Positions 19,581 to 28,992 of a stretch of 64,000 nucleotides of DNA are shown here, one piece after another. The notes beneath the pieces are model-generated. The model had not been told where the DNA came from and searched no databases. It saw only the letters and a program-made list of their open reading frames with translations. How positions within the stretch are numbered: position 1 is the first letter of the stretch; each line of letters opens with the position of its first letter. Location: positions 18,197 through 82,196 of the forward strand of contig JBCNLJ010000010.1 of assembly GCA_039595515.1 (NCBI GenBank), in the 5' to 3' direction. Source of the DNA: Paenibacillus sp. Lineage in GTDB: Bacteria; Bacillota; Bacilli; Paenibacillales; Paenibacillaceae. Both the position numbers and the translations under genes were made by a program.

Positions 19581-20588
19581 CTACGATAGATCACTGACAC
19601 GTTGCTTTAGAAATTGCTCAACTGCTTCTGTCCCTTTTCCGCCGTTTTGATCCACGAGCTTGAGCAGATCAGACAGATCGGTTAACAAGCGGCTATTTTT
19701 GATCTGCTCAGCGCTGTAACTGTTGAGCGCCTTGCGGTAGCCTGCTTCAAACAGCGGATCAATCTCCTGCGTCTGTGGATCGAATAATGGCGTGTTGTCA
19801 GAACCATAAAAAATGTAAAATTTCATCAGTCGGTAATTGTCTTCAACTGCTGTGCGACGATTGGATACGGGATAACGATTCAAAAATGTCTCCGTTGCCA
19901 GTCCACGCTTAAGCAGCTCTGTCGGTGAGATGACAATTCCGGCATCATAGGCTGTTGGTGCTTTGACTTCAGCCGCCATAATATTGATATAGTCTATAAT
20001 GTCGCCATGAATATAATTGAAAAATGTACTAAATGCCGGATAATCAATGATCGGATAAAATACACCTTCACTCGTTTCCAGTCCATAGCCCATTGCACCG
20101 AGTTGCTGTAATGCCTCGCGGTCGGCTTTATTAGTGAACGTCGCTGCCGCTTGATTGATCGTCATATTGGCTTTGTAATTACGTAGCAGCCCGTCTTGAA
20201 TCGATTCCTTATAAATTAGATTTGACGCATAGTCCATATGCTTCATATAGGCATTTTCCAATTGCAATACCGCCATACTGGCACGATATGAATCGAACTG
20301 TTTGATGCGATTAACGAGTGTTGCGCGTGCCAACCCGAGCGTGCTCGGCTTTTGTAAACGTTGCAAAAATAAATGATAGGAGCGTTGTGCGGTATCTGCG
20401 CTAACCGCTTGTTTGGCGCTTGTAGTCGCACTCGCTGCATAGGCACCAGGTAATAGTGAAGATGGCACAGCAACCCCTGTACCGAGCATCACGGCTGCCA
20501 GTACGGCTGTCGTCAGCGGACGAGTATACCTTTTTTGTGTGCCCCGGGAATGGATGGCGTGTTGAGTATGTTTTCCCTGTGTGTTCAT
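19581..20588 (-). CDS. Secreted hypothetical protein
   Basis: Basic N-terminus with hydrophobic signal peptide (AVLAAVMLGTGVAV...AYA), GGGGG RBS, helical mature region with no recognised motif. Confidence 0.75.
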   Translation of the reverse strand: MNTQGKHTQHAIHSRGTQKRYTRPLTTAVLAAVMLGTGVAVPSSLLPGAYAASATTSAKQAVSADTAQRSYHLFLQRLQKPSTLGLARATLVNRIKQFDSYRASMAVLQLENAYMKHMDYASNLIYKESIQDGLLRNYKANMTINQAAATFTNKADREALQQLGAMGYGLETSEGVFYPIIDYPAFSTFFNYIHGDIIDYINIMAAEVKAPTAYDAGIVISPTELLKRGLATETFLNRYPVSNRRTAVEDNYRLMKFYIFYGSDNTPLFDPQTQEIDPLFEAGYRKALNSYSAEQIKNSRLLTDLSDLLKLVDQNGGKGTEAVEQFLKQRVSDLS

Positions 20589-20732
20589 TATCTAACCCCC
20601 TTGAATATTTAGTTACAGCGCAGCATGAGCAGATTTGCTGTACTATACACCGATGTGCATGGATATGCTGCTTCGCTATTATCGCTGTGTATGACTGGAA
20701 GCGGCTATTCCATACAAGTGTCAACTACACAA

Positions 20733-20753
20733 AAGTTGTAACGCTTACAACTT
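20733..20753. promoter_or_regulatory. Palindromic operator, LacI/CcpA(cre)-like
   Basis: AAGTTGTAA-CGC-TTACAACTT, a perfect 9-bp inverted repeat; reads TGTAAGCGTTACA on the minus strand. Confidence 0.5.
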
Positions 20754-21282
20754 ATGACATCGATGTATACTTACTTATACACATCAATCAACACATCAAG
20801 CAAGAGTTATTCAGTCTTTTTCTACTATTTATAAAAATGAACCGAACGATCTTAATGAGTCCATAGGGTCGCTGTAAGGGAATGATAGCCCGGCGGTTCC
20901 AGCCCTTCCAGCCGTTCAAAAAGTAGACGACTTGCATATATGCGCATTTATGACTGTTTTGTCGTGATCATATGTGCATACATGATAAATAAACCATTCT
21001 ATTTTTACTCTATAGCATTGGAGCGATCAGGATAAAAATATCATTTCTGCCAATCGTATTAAAAAATAACAGCCTATACAGTTCATCCATTCCGAAGCCA
21101 TTTGCGTAACATGCCCATAATGTAGTCCCAACAAGGGATAAGCGAGAAAAAAATAATTATGAAGAATACCGAAAAAATATAATTTTTTATCAAATAACTG
21201 TAAAAATAAGGCGATCTTTAGACGATATACTATACATAAGTTGCTGAATTAACCCTCTGCTTCAATGTCAAAAATAAAGTTA

Positions 21283-21353
21283 TTGACAAGTCATGAAAGC
21301 GTTATTATAATCATAATCAATCAAGGATGATCATAAACGATCACAAATAATCA
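21283..21353 (+). promoter_or_regulatory. sigmaA promoter with cre site and phased DeoR/FruR-type operator repeats
   Basis: TTGACA(21283)-17-TATAAT(21306); cre TGAAAGCGTTATTA 21294-21307; TCA-ending repeats at 21311, 21321, 21331, 21341 and 21351. Confidence 0.85.
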
Positions 21354-21433
21354 TGAAGCGATAATACATGATCAGCCTCGATCACAGGTTGGATGATGAT
21401 ATAGCAAATTGACAGACAGGTGGTGATGTCCCG

Positions 21434-22198
21434 ATGCTTTTTGAGCAAGAACGAAAGCATAAGATGGTTGAGTATTTGCAGCAAAACCAGCGGGCATCGG
21501 TTCAGGAACTAGGTGAAATGTTTCAGGTTTCGGAATCAACAGTCAGGCGCGATCTGAAGGAACTTGAAGATGGCAGATTGCTGAAGAGAACACATGGCGG
21601 GGCGATATCGTTACAGAGTGTCGACTTTGAACCGAATATGGTGGATAAGGAAGACTCGTATCGAGAGGAAAAGGAAAGCATCGCACGCAGGGCAGCAGAG
21701 ATGGTCAATCAAGGAGATACGATCCTGCTCGATTCAGGCACAACGACACTTCCACTGGCAAGAGAGCTTCGAAGTCGATCTGGCATCCGGGTCATTACCA
21801 ATTCAGTTATCGTTCTGGGGGAACTTAAGGATTGCCGCAATATCGAGCTATCGATTATCGGTGGATTGCTCAGGCCGGACACACAGGCATTTGTCGGGCC
21901 GCTAGCAGAACGTGCACTGGATATGATTCGAGTGGACAAAGCATTTATGGCAACAAACGGCTTGCATATAAAGGAAGGCATCACAACGCCGAATCTTACT
22001 GAAGCCGCAATCAAACGTAAAATGATCGATATTTCCAAGCAGGTGATTCTGCTGACCGATCATAGCAAAATTGGTGGTATCGCATATGCCAAATTTGCCG
22101 ATCTGTCCGATATCGATACCTGCATTACCGACGGGGGAGCATCGGTAGCTATGATTGGGCAGTTCCGCAAGCAAGGATTGGACATGATTATCGCGTGA
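21434..22198 (+). CDS. DeoR/GlpR-family regulator (FruR paralog)
   Basis: VSESTVRRDL, RTHGGA, LLDSGTTT, VITNS. Confidence 0.92.
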   Translation: MLFEQERKHKMVEYLQQNQRASVQELGEMFQVSESTVRRDLKELEDGRLLKRTHGGAISLQSVDFEPNMVDKEDSYREEKESIARRAAEMVNQGDTILLDSGTTTLPLARELRSRSGIRVITNSVIVLGELKDCRNIELSIIGGLLRPDTQAFVGPLAERALDMIRVDKAFMATNGLHIKEGITTPNLTEAAIKRKMIDISKQVILLTDHSKIGGIAYAKFADLSDIDTCITDGGASVAMIGQFRKQGLDMIIA

Positions 22199-22333
22199 AT
22201 GGTTCGGCAAACAACCTTTTTACAAGATTGTAAGCGTTTCACCAAATTTCGGATGGCACCGAATAGAACGCAGTCGTACAGGGCATGTTCATGAATGGCC
22301 GATTGAAGAGATGAAGATGAAGGGGAAATTACA

Positions 22334-23713
22334 ATGAAAAAACTATTAGCTGTTACCGCTTGTCCTACTGGTATCGCTCACACGTACATGGCTGCTGAAT
22401 CACTCGCCAAAGCTGCCAAAGAAAAAGATGTAGAGATTAAAGTAGAAACCCGTGGCGCGGTTGGCGTTGAAAATGGACTGACACCACAGGAAATCGCTGA
22501 AGCGCATGCAATCATTATTGCAGCAGATACCGATGTGGATGAAGCACGCTTTGCTGGTAAGCCTGTTGTACGCGTACCGGTTGCACAGGGGATTAAAGTA
22601 CCTGGCGAGCTGATCACACGCGCACTGAATATGCAGCCATCCAGCTCGACTGCGGCTGCACCAGTAACACCAGCAGATACGGGTGTGAAGCAACAAAATA
22701 TGTTTTACAAGCATCTGATGAATGGTGTATCCAACATGCTGCCACTCGTTATTGCCGGTGGTCTGATTATCGCCTTCTCCTTCTTGTTTGCGTTTACAAA
22801 AGGTGGCGTTGATCAAGTTGAAGGTTCACTTGGAGCTGCACTGTCCACAATTGGCGGCGCTTCCATGGGCTTGATGGTTATCGTTCTGTCGGGCTTTATC
22901 TCCTTCTCTATCGCAGGTAAGCCGGGTCTTGCTCCTGGTCTCGTGGGTGGTGTACTTGCAAAAGATATGGGCGCAGGCTTCATCGGCGGTATCATCGCCG
23001 GCTTTATCGCAGGTTATGTGGCGCACTGGCTGATCAAACACATCAAAATGCCGCGTAACTTTGAAGGTCTGAAACCGATTCTGATCGTTCCTGTATTATC
23101 TGTTCTGATTATTGGTCTGTTGATGGTGTATGTAATCGGCGAACCGATTCAATGGCTGCTCGCTCAATTGACTGCATGGCTGACCAACATGGGTGCAGGT
23201 AACGCGATTCTGCTTGGTGCGATTCTCGGCGCAATGATGGCGTTCGATATGGGTGGTCCGTTTAACAAAACTGCCTATACATTTGCAGTAGGTCTGCTTG
23301 GCGCATCGATCTTCACACCAATGGCTGCTGTTATGGCAGCAGGTATGACCCCTCCACTGGGTATCTGGCTGGCAACATTGATCGCGAAAAAACGCTTTAC
23401 GAAAGAAGAACGCGAAGCTGGTAAAGTGGCATCGATCCTCGGTCTGTCCTTTATTACAGAAGGCGCGATTCCATTCGGTGCGGCTGATCCGATTCGGATT
23501 ATTCCTTCCTTCATGGTAGGCTCTGCTGTTGCTGGTGCACTGTCGATGATGTTCGGCTGTGGACTGCATGCACCTCACGGCGGCGTGTTCGTACTGTTCA
23601 TTCCAAATGCAATCGATCACCTCGGATACTATGTATTGTCGATTGCAATCGGTACAGTTGTAACTGCATTGATGGTACTGCTGCTGAAACGCAAAACGCC
23701 AGTAGCTTCTTAA
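22334..23713 (+). CDS. PTS fructose/mannose-family EIIBC
   Basis: VTACPTGIAHTYMAA, DMGGPFNK, ITEGAIPF. Confidence 0.93.
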   Translation: MKKLLAVTACPTGIAHTYMAAESLAKAAKEKDVEIKVETRGAVGVENGLTPQEIAEAHAIIIAADTDVDEARFAGKPVVRVPVAQGIKVPGELITRALNMQPSSSTAAAPVTPADTGVKQQNMFYKHLMNGVSNMLPLVIAGGLIIAFSFLFAFTKGGVDQVEGSLGAALSTIGGASMGLMVIVLSGFISFSIAGKPGLAPGLVGGVLAKDMGAGFIGGIIAGFIAGYVAHWLIKHIKMPRNFEGLKPILIVPVLSVLIIGLLMVYVIGEPIQWLLAQLTAWLTNMGAGNAILLGAILGAMMAFDMGGPFNKTAYTFAVGLLGASIFTPMAAVMAAGMTPPLGIWLATLIAKKRFTKEEREAGKVASILGLSFITEGAIPFGAADPIRIIPSFMVGSAVAGALSMMFGCGLHAPHGGVFVLFIPNAIDHLGYYVLSIAIGTVVTALMVLLLKRKTPVAS

Positions 23714-23935
23714 TCTACAGGCTGTACTCGATCGTTCAATCATATCGCATGGAATGAACAACGTAACATCTCATGACTGCATAAGATGACCGTAAACCTG
23801 TTTATCGGAATGATAAATCTTGACCCTAACCCTAACTCCCAACCCTAATCTATACCCCATGCAGCGACCGGATCCCCAATCCGGTCGTTGCCGTGTAGAG
23901 CTGCATACATTATAGAGCACAAAGGAGCTTATCCT

Positions 23936-24394
23936 ATGAATATTCGTGAATTGCTACAACCTGAAAGTATTTTCCTGCCATCGACCGTATCGACTCGAGA
24001 AGAAGCGATCCAGCAGCTTGCCCAGGGCATGACCGCAGCAGGTGCAGTAACGGATACGGATGATTATGTACGTGCGGTCATGGCGCGTGAGCAGCAAAGC
24101 TCGACTGGTATTGGCTTTGGTGTAGCGATACCGCACGGTAAGGCTGCTGGTGTAACGCGTGCCGTGCTCGGATTTGCTCGTTTTCAGCAACCGATCGATT
24201 GGGATTCACTCGATGGAGAACCGGCACAGATGGCATTCATGATCGGTGTACCGGAAGCGAATGCAGGTAATGAGCATTTGCAGATTCTGGTCGCTTTATC
24301 CCGCAAGCTCATTCACGATGAATTCCGTGCGGAGCTACTGCAAGCAAGCAGTAAGGAAGAAATTTTGGATATTTTAAGTCGTAATATCGGATAG
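23936..24394 (+). CDS. PTS fructose-family EIIA
   Basis: RE..SSTGIGFGVAIPHGK, WDSLDGEP. ATG 23936 follows AAGGAG. Confidence 0.92.
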   Translation: MNIRELLQPESIFLPSTVSTREEAIQQLAQGMTAAGAVTDTDDYVRAVMAREQQSSTGIGFGVAIPHGKAAGVTRAVLGFARFQQPIDWDSLDGEPAQMAFMIGVPEANAGNEHLQILVALSRKLIHDEFRAELLQASSKEEILDILSRNIG

Positions 24395-24446
24395 AATAGC
24401 GCATATCGATTATGACTTACCCGCAGGCACATGTCTGTAGGGAATC

Positions 24447-24491
24447 AAAGGACTGGAGTTCGCCGTGAGCTGGCGCACTTCAGTCTTTTTT
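24447..24491 (+). terminator. Terminator of PTS cluster
   Basis: AAAGGACTGGAGT / ACTTCAGTCTTTTTT. Confidence 0.75.
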
Positions 24492-24646
24492 AGTTCATCT
24501 ATTGCGGATATGCCAGCAGGCTGTTTCTTCTATCAGGCTGTACGTATGCTTGCCTGCGTTTCCCATTTGTATTCAGCGTTTAATGATGGTGTATATGAAC
24601 ATCTGTCCAATACAGATGAATATGCTGAACGGAAAGCGGGGATAGG

Positions 24647-25573
24647 ATGAATAAATGGCAGGAATTTCGTCAGGCTTCACGGATGCACTTTGTGCCTTTG
24701 ATGGCGATATGCGTCATACAGGGAACGCTGGCGGCGTGGATATGGAATGAGCGCTTTAGCTTATGGATCGCGCTTGTAACGATGATTGGCTCATGCGCGG
24801 CACATATCTTTTCGATGATGATTAACGACTTGTGGGATTACCGCAGTGGCGCAGACAAGGCGGCGTTTGAATCGGATGAAGCGATCTCAACCGATTCAGG
24901 TTATTTGACATCTGGCAAATGGGACGAGCGTACGTTTGAGATCGTCACCTGGGCGATGCTCGGTATCGCGAGTGCCTGTGCGGTTGTGCTGTATTTTGTG
25001 AGTGGCTGGGGAGTGCTGCTGCTCGGTGGTCTGGGCTGTTTTCTGGCGTTATTTTACGTTGTGCCGCCAATTTGTTATGGCTATGCAGGTAAAGGCACAA
25101 GCGAGCTTGCACATGTGCTGTCATTTGGTATTTTCCCGGTTATGGGTTCATACTATGTGCAAACCGGGCATTTTGATGCCAGACTGTGGCTGTTATCGCT
25201 ACCGATGGGATTGCTGACGACATTGACCTTTTTCAACCATCACTTTTTACATTGGAAAACCGACCGTCAGGTGGGTAAGCGTACACTGGTGGTCATGTGG
25301 GGGGAACGTAAATCGTTTCGCTTCTCGGTATTCCTGCTCGTACTGGCGCTATTAAGCATCGCACTCTGTGCCATTGCGCGCGTTATTCCAGTCTATGCTG
25401 TCATTGTATTACTGGCTGCACTGCCGCTATGCCGGATGTACACAAGCATGAAGCAATCACGCCGCAACCTGCAAACCCACCAGCAATTGCTCTGGCTTTC
25501 GCTGCGCACCTCACTTCAATTTGGCGCATTGATCATTGCTGCACAGCTCGTTAGTCATTGGATGGGTACATAA
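24647..25573 (+). CDS. UbiA-family prenyltransferase, MenA-like
   Basis: NDLWDYRSGAD (NDxxDxxxGxD), DRQVGKRTLVV, multiple TM segments. Confidence 0.8.
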   Translation: MNKWQEFRQASRMHFVPLMAICVIQGTLAAWIWNERFSLWIALVTMIGSCAAHIFSMMINDLWDYRSGADKAAFESDEAISTDSGYLTSGKWDERTFEIVTWAMLGIASACAVVLYFVSGWGVLLLGGLGCFLALFYVVPPICYGYAGKGTSELAHVLSFGIFPVMGSYYVQTGHFDARLWLLSLPMGLLTTLTFFNHHFLHWKTDRQVGKRTLVVMWGERKSFRFSVFLLVLALLSIALCAIARVIPVYAVIVLLAALPLCRMYTSMKQSRRNLQTHQQLLWLSLRTSLQFGALIIAAQLVSHWMGT

Positions 25574-25859
25574 ACAAACGAAATGGCGACGGCAACAGGT
25601 TAGAGAGGCAGCAGTGAACGAAAACGATACATTATGGGGATGAAGGCAATGTATTTTTTTCTAAATGTATCTTCTTGTGAACGATTGGTCGCAGATGCAC
25701 GGTCTGCGACTTTTTGTTTGCGAATGGTAACGGTAATGATGATGGGAAATTCGTTTTTAAAATACGTAAAACCCTTGCCATTAGAGGGAATAACGTGTTT
25801 ATCATCCTGGGATTGTGGTATGATTATAGGTATAAGTTGAAGAAAGGAGCGGTGCTATT

Positions 25860-26045
25860 ATGAAGCGATTTACATTAGCACAGGCTGAACGTGCGCTTGA
25901 AGGTTCGAAGGCTACTCTAGCTGTTGAAGGGATGTATCTAACAGAGCAAGAGGAACAACTGATCAAAAAGCAATTGATGGGTAAATTATCTGAGTCAGAA
26001 TTTAAAAAATTGGCACTGGAGATGGCCGTAGGTGTCAAAGTATAA
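25860..26045 (+). CDS. VbhA/FicA-like antitoxin
   Basis: 61 aa with inhibitory (S/T)xxxE(G/N) motif TLAVEG; AGGAG RBS; overlaps the start of the fic gene. Confidence 0.8.
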   Translation: MKRFTLAQAERALEGSKATLAVEGMYLTEQEEQLIKKQLMGKLSESEFKKLALEMAVGVKV

Positions 26046-26679
26046 TTATCAGCAATCATCATATTGCTATGCTGGAACCGATGTACTAAAAAATAAGCAT
26101 GATATTCGCGATTCTGAAGCCTTAGAAAAGTTTGAACGCATTTTAAGTACATGGCGTCTCTCTCAGTTAAGAGAAATGCCTATTGCTGGAGATTTTGATT
26201 TAAAACATCTTCAGCATATTCATGAGTATATGTTTCAAGATATTTATTCATTTGCAGGTGAGATACGAACGGAAAGTATTGCGAAAGATCAGTTTATCTT
26301 TGCGTTGCCTCAATACATACAATCACAAGCAGATGAATTGTTTTTGCAGTTAAAGGCAGAAACATATTTAGCAAAGCTTCCATCTGAAAAGTTTGCAGAA
26401 CGTGCTGCACATTATATGGCAGAAATCAATGTTATACATCCATTTCGAGAAGGAAACGGAAGAACACAGCGTGAGTTTATTCGCTCCTTAGCCTATTCTA
26501 ATGGATATAGGTTGGAATGGGAACGAACGAATCCACAGCAATTACTAAGAGCCTCCATCCGTTCTATTTCCAGTACAGATTCGCTCACTCAGCATATACA
26601 TACCTGTTTAGCCAATAAGACGGCTTCGTCCACTATAGCAAGACAATATAAAACGCATACTCAGCAATTTGGGAAATAA
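26032..26679 (+). CDS. fic: Fic-domain AMPylating toxin (class I, FicT/VbhT-like)
   Basis: Canonical HPFREGNGRTQR; N-terminal YCYAGTDVLKN; LQHIHEYMFQDIY. Confidence 0.9.
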   Translation: MSKYNYQQSSYCYAGTDVLKNKHDIRDSEALEKFERILSTWRLSQLREMPIAGDFDLKHLQHIHEYMFQDIYSFAGEIRTESIAKDQFIFALPQYIQSQADELFLQLKAETYLAKLPSEKFAERAAHYMAEINVIHPFREGNGRTQREFIRSLAYSNGYRLEWERTNPQQLLRASIRSISSTDSLTQHIHTCLANKTASSTIARQYKTHTQQFGK

Positions 26680-26730
26680 CTCTCTTTTAACTAAAGAGGG
26701 TTATTTTTATTTTACTAACAACAATCAACG

Positions 26731-26778
26731 AATTGTATAGACAATATGTAAGCGTTTTATTAAAATGTATGTACAACA
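26731..26778 (+). promoter_or_regulatory. araR promoter with cre and AraR-like operators
   Basis: TAGACA(26738)-17-TAAAAT(26761); cre TGTAAGCGTTTTAT 26747-26760; AraR-like AATTGTATAGACAATA and AAATGTATGTACAACA. Confidence 0.65.
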
Positions 26779-26894
26779 AGCTTCATAACTATAGCATTCT
26801 ACTACGCCAGTATCATGCCATATGATACAATAAAGTGTATGTATAATGACCGAAAACAGGATTGCCGTTGTAATCCAACAAGCCAGGAGGGGCC

Positions 26895-27986
26895 ATGACC
26901 GCTAAATATAGACAAGTACGGGACGAGATTCTTTCCTGGATTCATTCCTCCCGTTTACAGCCGGGCAGTCGTCTGCCGTCAGAGCACGAGATTGCTGAGC
27001 AATTTGAAGTCAGTCGCCAGACGGTGCGTCAGGCATTAGGTGAGCTGATGCGAGATGGCTGGCTTAATCGCATTCAGGGCAAAGGGACATTTGTGACCGA
27101 GCCTGTCGTCCGAACGACAAGCCATGATAAAACAGTCGGTGTGATCACGACCTACATTTCTGATTATATCTTTCCGCAAATTGTACAGGGGATCGAAGCG
27201 CGATTGCGTGAAGCTGGATATCGTTTGTTGCTTGCGAGTACGGATAATGATCCGGCGAAAGAACGCGAGTGTCTGGAAATGATGCTCAGTCAATCGCCAG
27301 CAGCCTTAATCGTTGAACCTACCCGAAGTGGTGAACGCAGTCGCAATCTGAATTATTTTTTAACGATCGAAAATCGCCAGATTCCGTATTTGATGATCAA
27401 TGCCAGCTATGAGGAAATGGATTCGCCCTGTCTACGTATGGATGACGAGCGCGGAGGCTTTCTCGCAACCGAGCATCTGATCGAGCTCGGACATCGCCGA
27501 ATCGCCGGATTTTTCAAAACGGACGATATGCAGGGCGTGCGTCGGATGAGGGGCTTTGTGGCTGCTCATCGCAAGCACAGTATCCCGCTACAACCATCAT
27601 TAATTTTCACCTATACAACGGAGGACAAACATTCTGCCCCACTGGAGCAGGCACGACGTCTGATTGCTGCTGCTCGTTCTGAACGTGCTACAGGCTGGGT
27701 GCTTTATAATGATGAGCTTGCTGTGACGTTGCTTCAAGCGGTACGCGAGGCGAGTCTGCGTGTGCCGGAGGATCTGTCTATGGTCGGGTTTGACGATTCA
27801 TTTCTCGCTACGGCAACGGAAGTGAAGCTGACCACATTAAGTCATCCCAAGCATGCACTGGGTACCGCAGCAGCAGAGCTTATATTGCAGATGCTGGAAG
27901 GGCGTGGCAATGTAGAAGAGAAGATTCATGCTCCTGAGCTGATCTGTCGCGATTCCACTGCACCACCCGCTGCTGTAGAAGAATGA
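26895..27986 (+). CDS. araR: GntR-HTH/LacI-sensor arabinose repressor
   Basis: GntR HTH (LPSEHEIAEQFEVSRQTVRQA, QGKGTFV) plus LacI-type domain (TTYISDYIFP, GFDDS). Confidence 0.85.
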   Translation: MTAKYRQVRDEILSWIHSSRLQPGSRLPSEHEIAEQFEVSRQTVRQALGELMRDGWLNRIQGKGTFVTEPVVRTTSHDKTVGVITTYISDYIFPQIVQGIEARLREAGYRLLLASTDNDPAKERECLEMMLSQSPAALIVEPTRSGERSRNLNYFLTIENRQIPYLMINASYEEMDSPCLRMDDERGGFLATEHLIELGHRRIAGFFKTDDMQGVRRMRGFVAAHRKHSIPLQPSLIFTYTTEDKHSAPLEQARRLIAAARSERATGWVLYNDELAVTLLQAVREASLRVPEDLSMVGFDDSFLATATEVKLTTLSHPKHALGTAAAELILQMLEGRGNVEEKIHAPELICRDSTAPPAAVEE

Positions 27987-28032
27987 TCCTAGCTATACAA
28001 GAGTCATCCTAAATGTACGTCAAATGAAGGGC

Positions 28033-28095
28033 AACGCTAATAGCCGCGAACGATGAGTAGAGGTACTCACTGTCCGCGGCTATTAGCGTTTGTTT
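28033..28095 (+). terminator. Terminator after araR
   Basis: AACGCTAATAGCCGCG / CGCGGCTATTAGCGTT followed by TGTTTG. Confidence 0.75.
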
Positions 28096-28365
28096 GCGTT
28101 TGCTAGAACGATGCGAGCTGGTAGCACCATATAATACGATCCACAGTAAAACACATCTCTATAATGGTTAACAAAATTCTACACATTGTTAACTAACCTA
28201 TTATATGTCCAGACAAGTAAGAGCTCCGCTACGTACCGGAATTCGGGAACGGCGGAGCTCCAAAAGGATATATATGATCATGCGGTAGGCTTACTAGCTT
28301 ACCGTTCAATCAACCAAAATGTGCAAAATATATCACAGTTTATAACGTCATAAAAAGCGAGTTGC

Positions 28366-28992
28366 TTATTTCTTCAGCTCTGCATATTCTTCAAGCTCTG
28401 CTTCATGCTGTTCACCGAGCACACAGTCGGCGAAAAGAACCGATTTGGGAATGCGGAAAAATTGTTCTGTTTTTTCCTGAAAAGCGGGTGAAGGCAGTGT
28501 TGCTTGATGAAGCCATTTGCGGAATGTACCCGGATGCACGCCAATCCAGTGACTGACATCGGTTACAGATAAATCATGGACCATACACAGGCCAGTTAAG
28601 ATGTGGTTACGTACCGGAGAACGTGTAATGGTACGTTTCATAAAGCGGGATGGTGCTTGTTGGCAGATGACAGGACTGTTGTTAATCACCTGTGGGTTAA
28701 ATAGGATATGATGCGGATAGCCAAGCTCCCGACACACTTTTTCCAGGTTCGCTTTGCCAGGCAATCTTCCTTCATACACCCAGGCGCTTACGCTGCGTGA
28801 GGAAACTGATAACCTTTCCGCGAGCTCGGACAGCTTGATATCCTTGACCATCAGTACAGCCAGCAAAACGCGATTGCGAATTTGACAGCGTGTTGGTCGA
28901 CGGAAACGTTTGACGCGGACACCTTTACCAAGGTATTTACGGTTAATCAGAGACCACGCCTCTATAAAATGTCGTTCTGGTTGATTAGGCAT
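28366..28992 (-). CDS. Protein with two XRE-type helix-turn-helix repeats
   Basis: Two homologous units: IRNRVL..LSELAERLSVSSRSVSAWVYEGRLP..YPHHILF and VRNHIL..VTDVSHWIGVHPGTFRKWLHQATLP..IPKSVLF. Confidence 0.75.
   Translation of the reverse strand: MPNQPERHFIEAWSLINRKYLGKGVRVKRFRRPTRCQIRNRVLLAVLMVKDIKLSELAERLSVSSRSVSAWVYEGRLPGKANLEKVCRELGYPHHILFNPQVINNSPVICQQAPSRFMKRTITRSPVRNHILTGLCMVHDLSVTDVSHWIGVHPGTFRKWLHQATLPSPAFQEKTEQFFRIPKSVLFADCVLGEQHEAELEEYAELKK

Noticed and set aside
20860-20945. GC-rich patch in a long intergenic region as a possible c-di-AMP or c-di-GMP riboswitch
   Set aside because: The conserved aptamer motifs of ydaO, GEMM-I and GEMM-II are not present on either strand.
22229-22242. 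cre-like TGTAAGCGTTTCAC between deoR and EIIBC
   Set aside because: The 3' end departs from the 14-bp consensus; it is plausible but not supportable on sequence alone.
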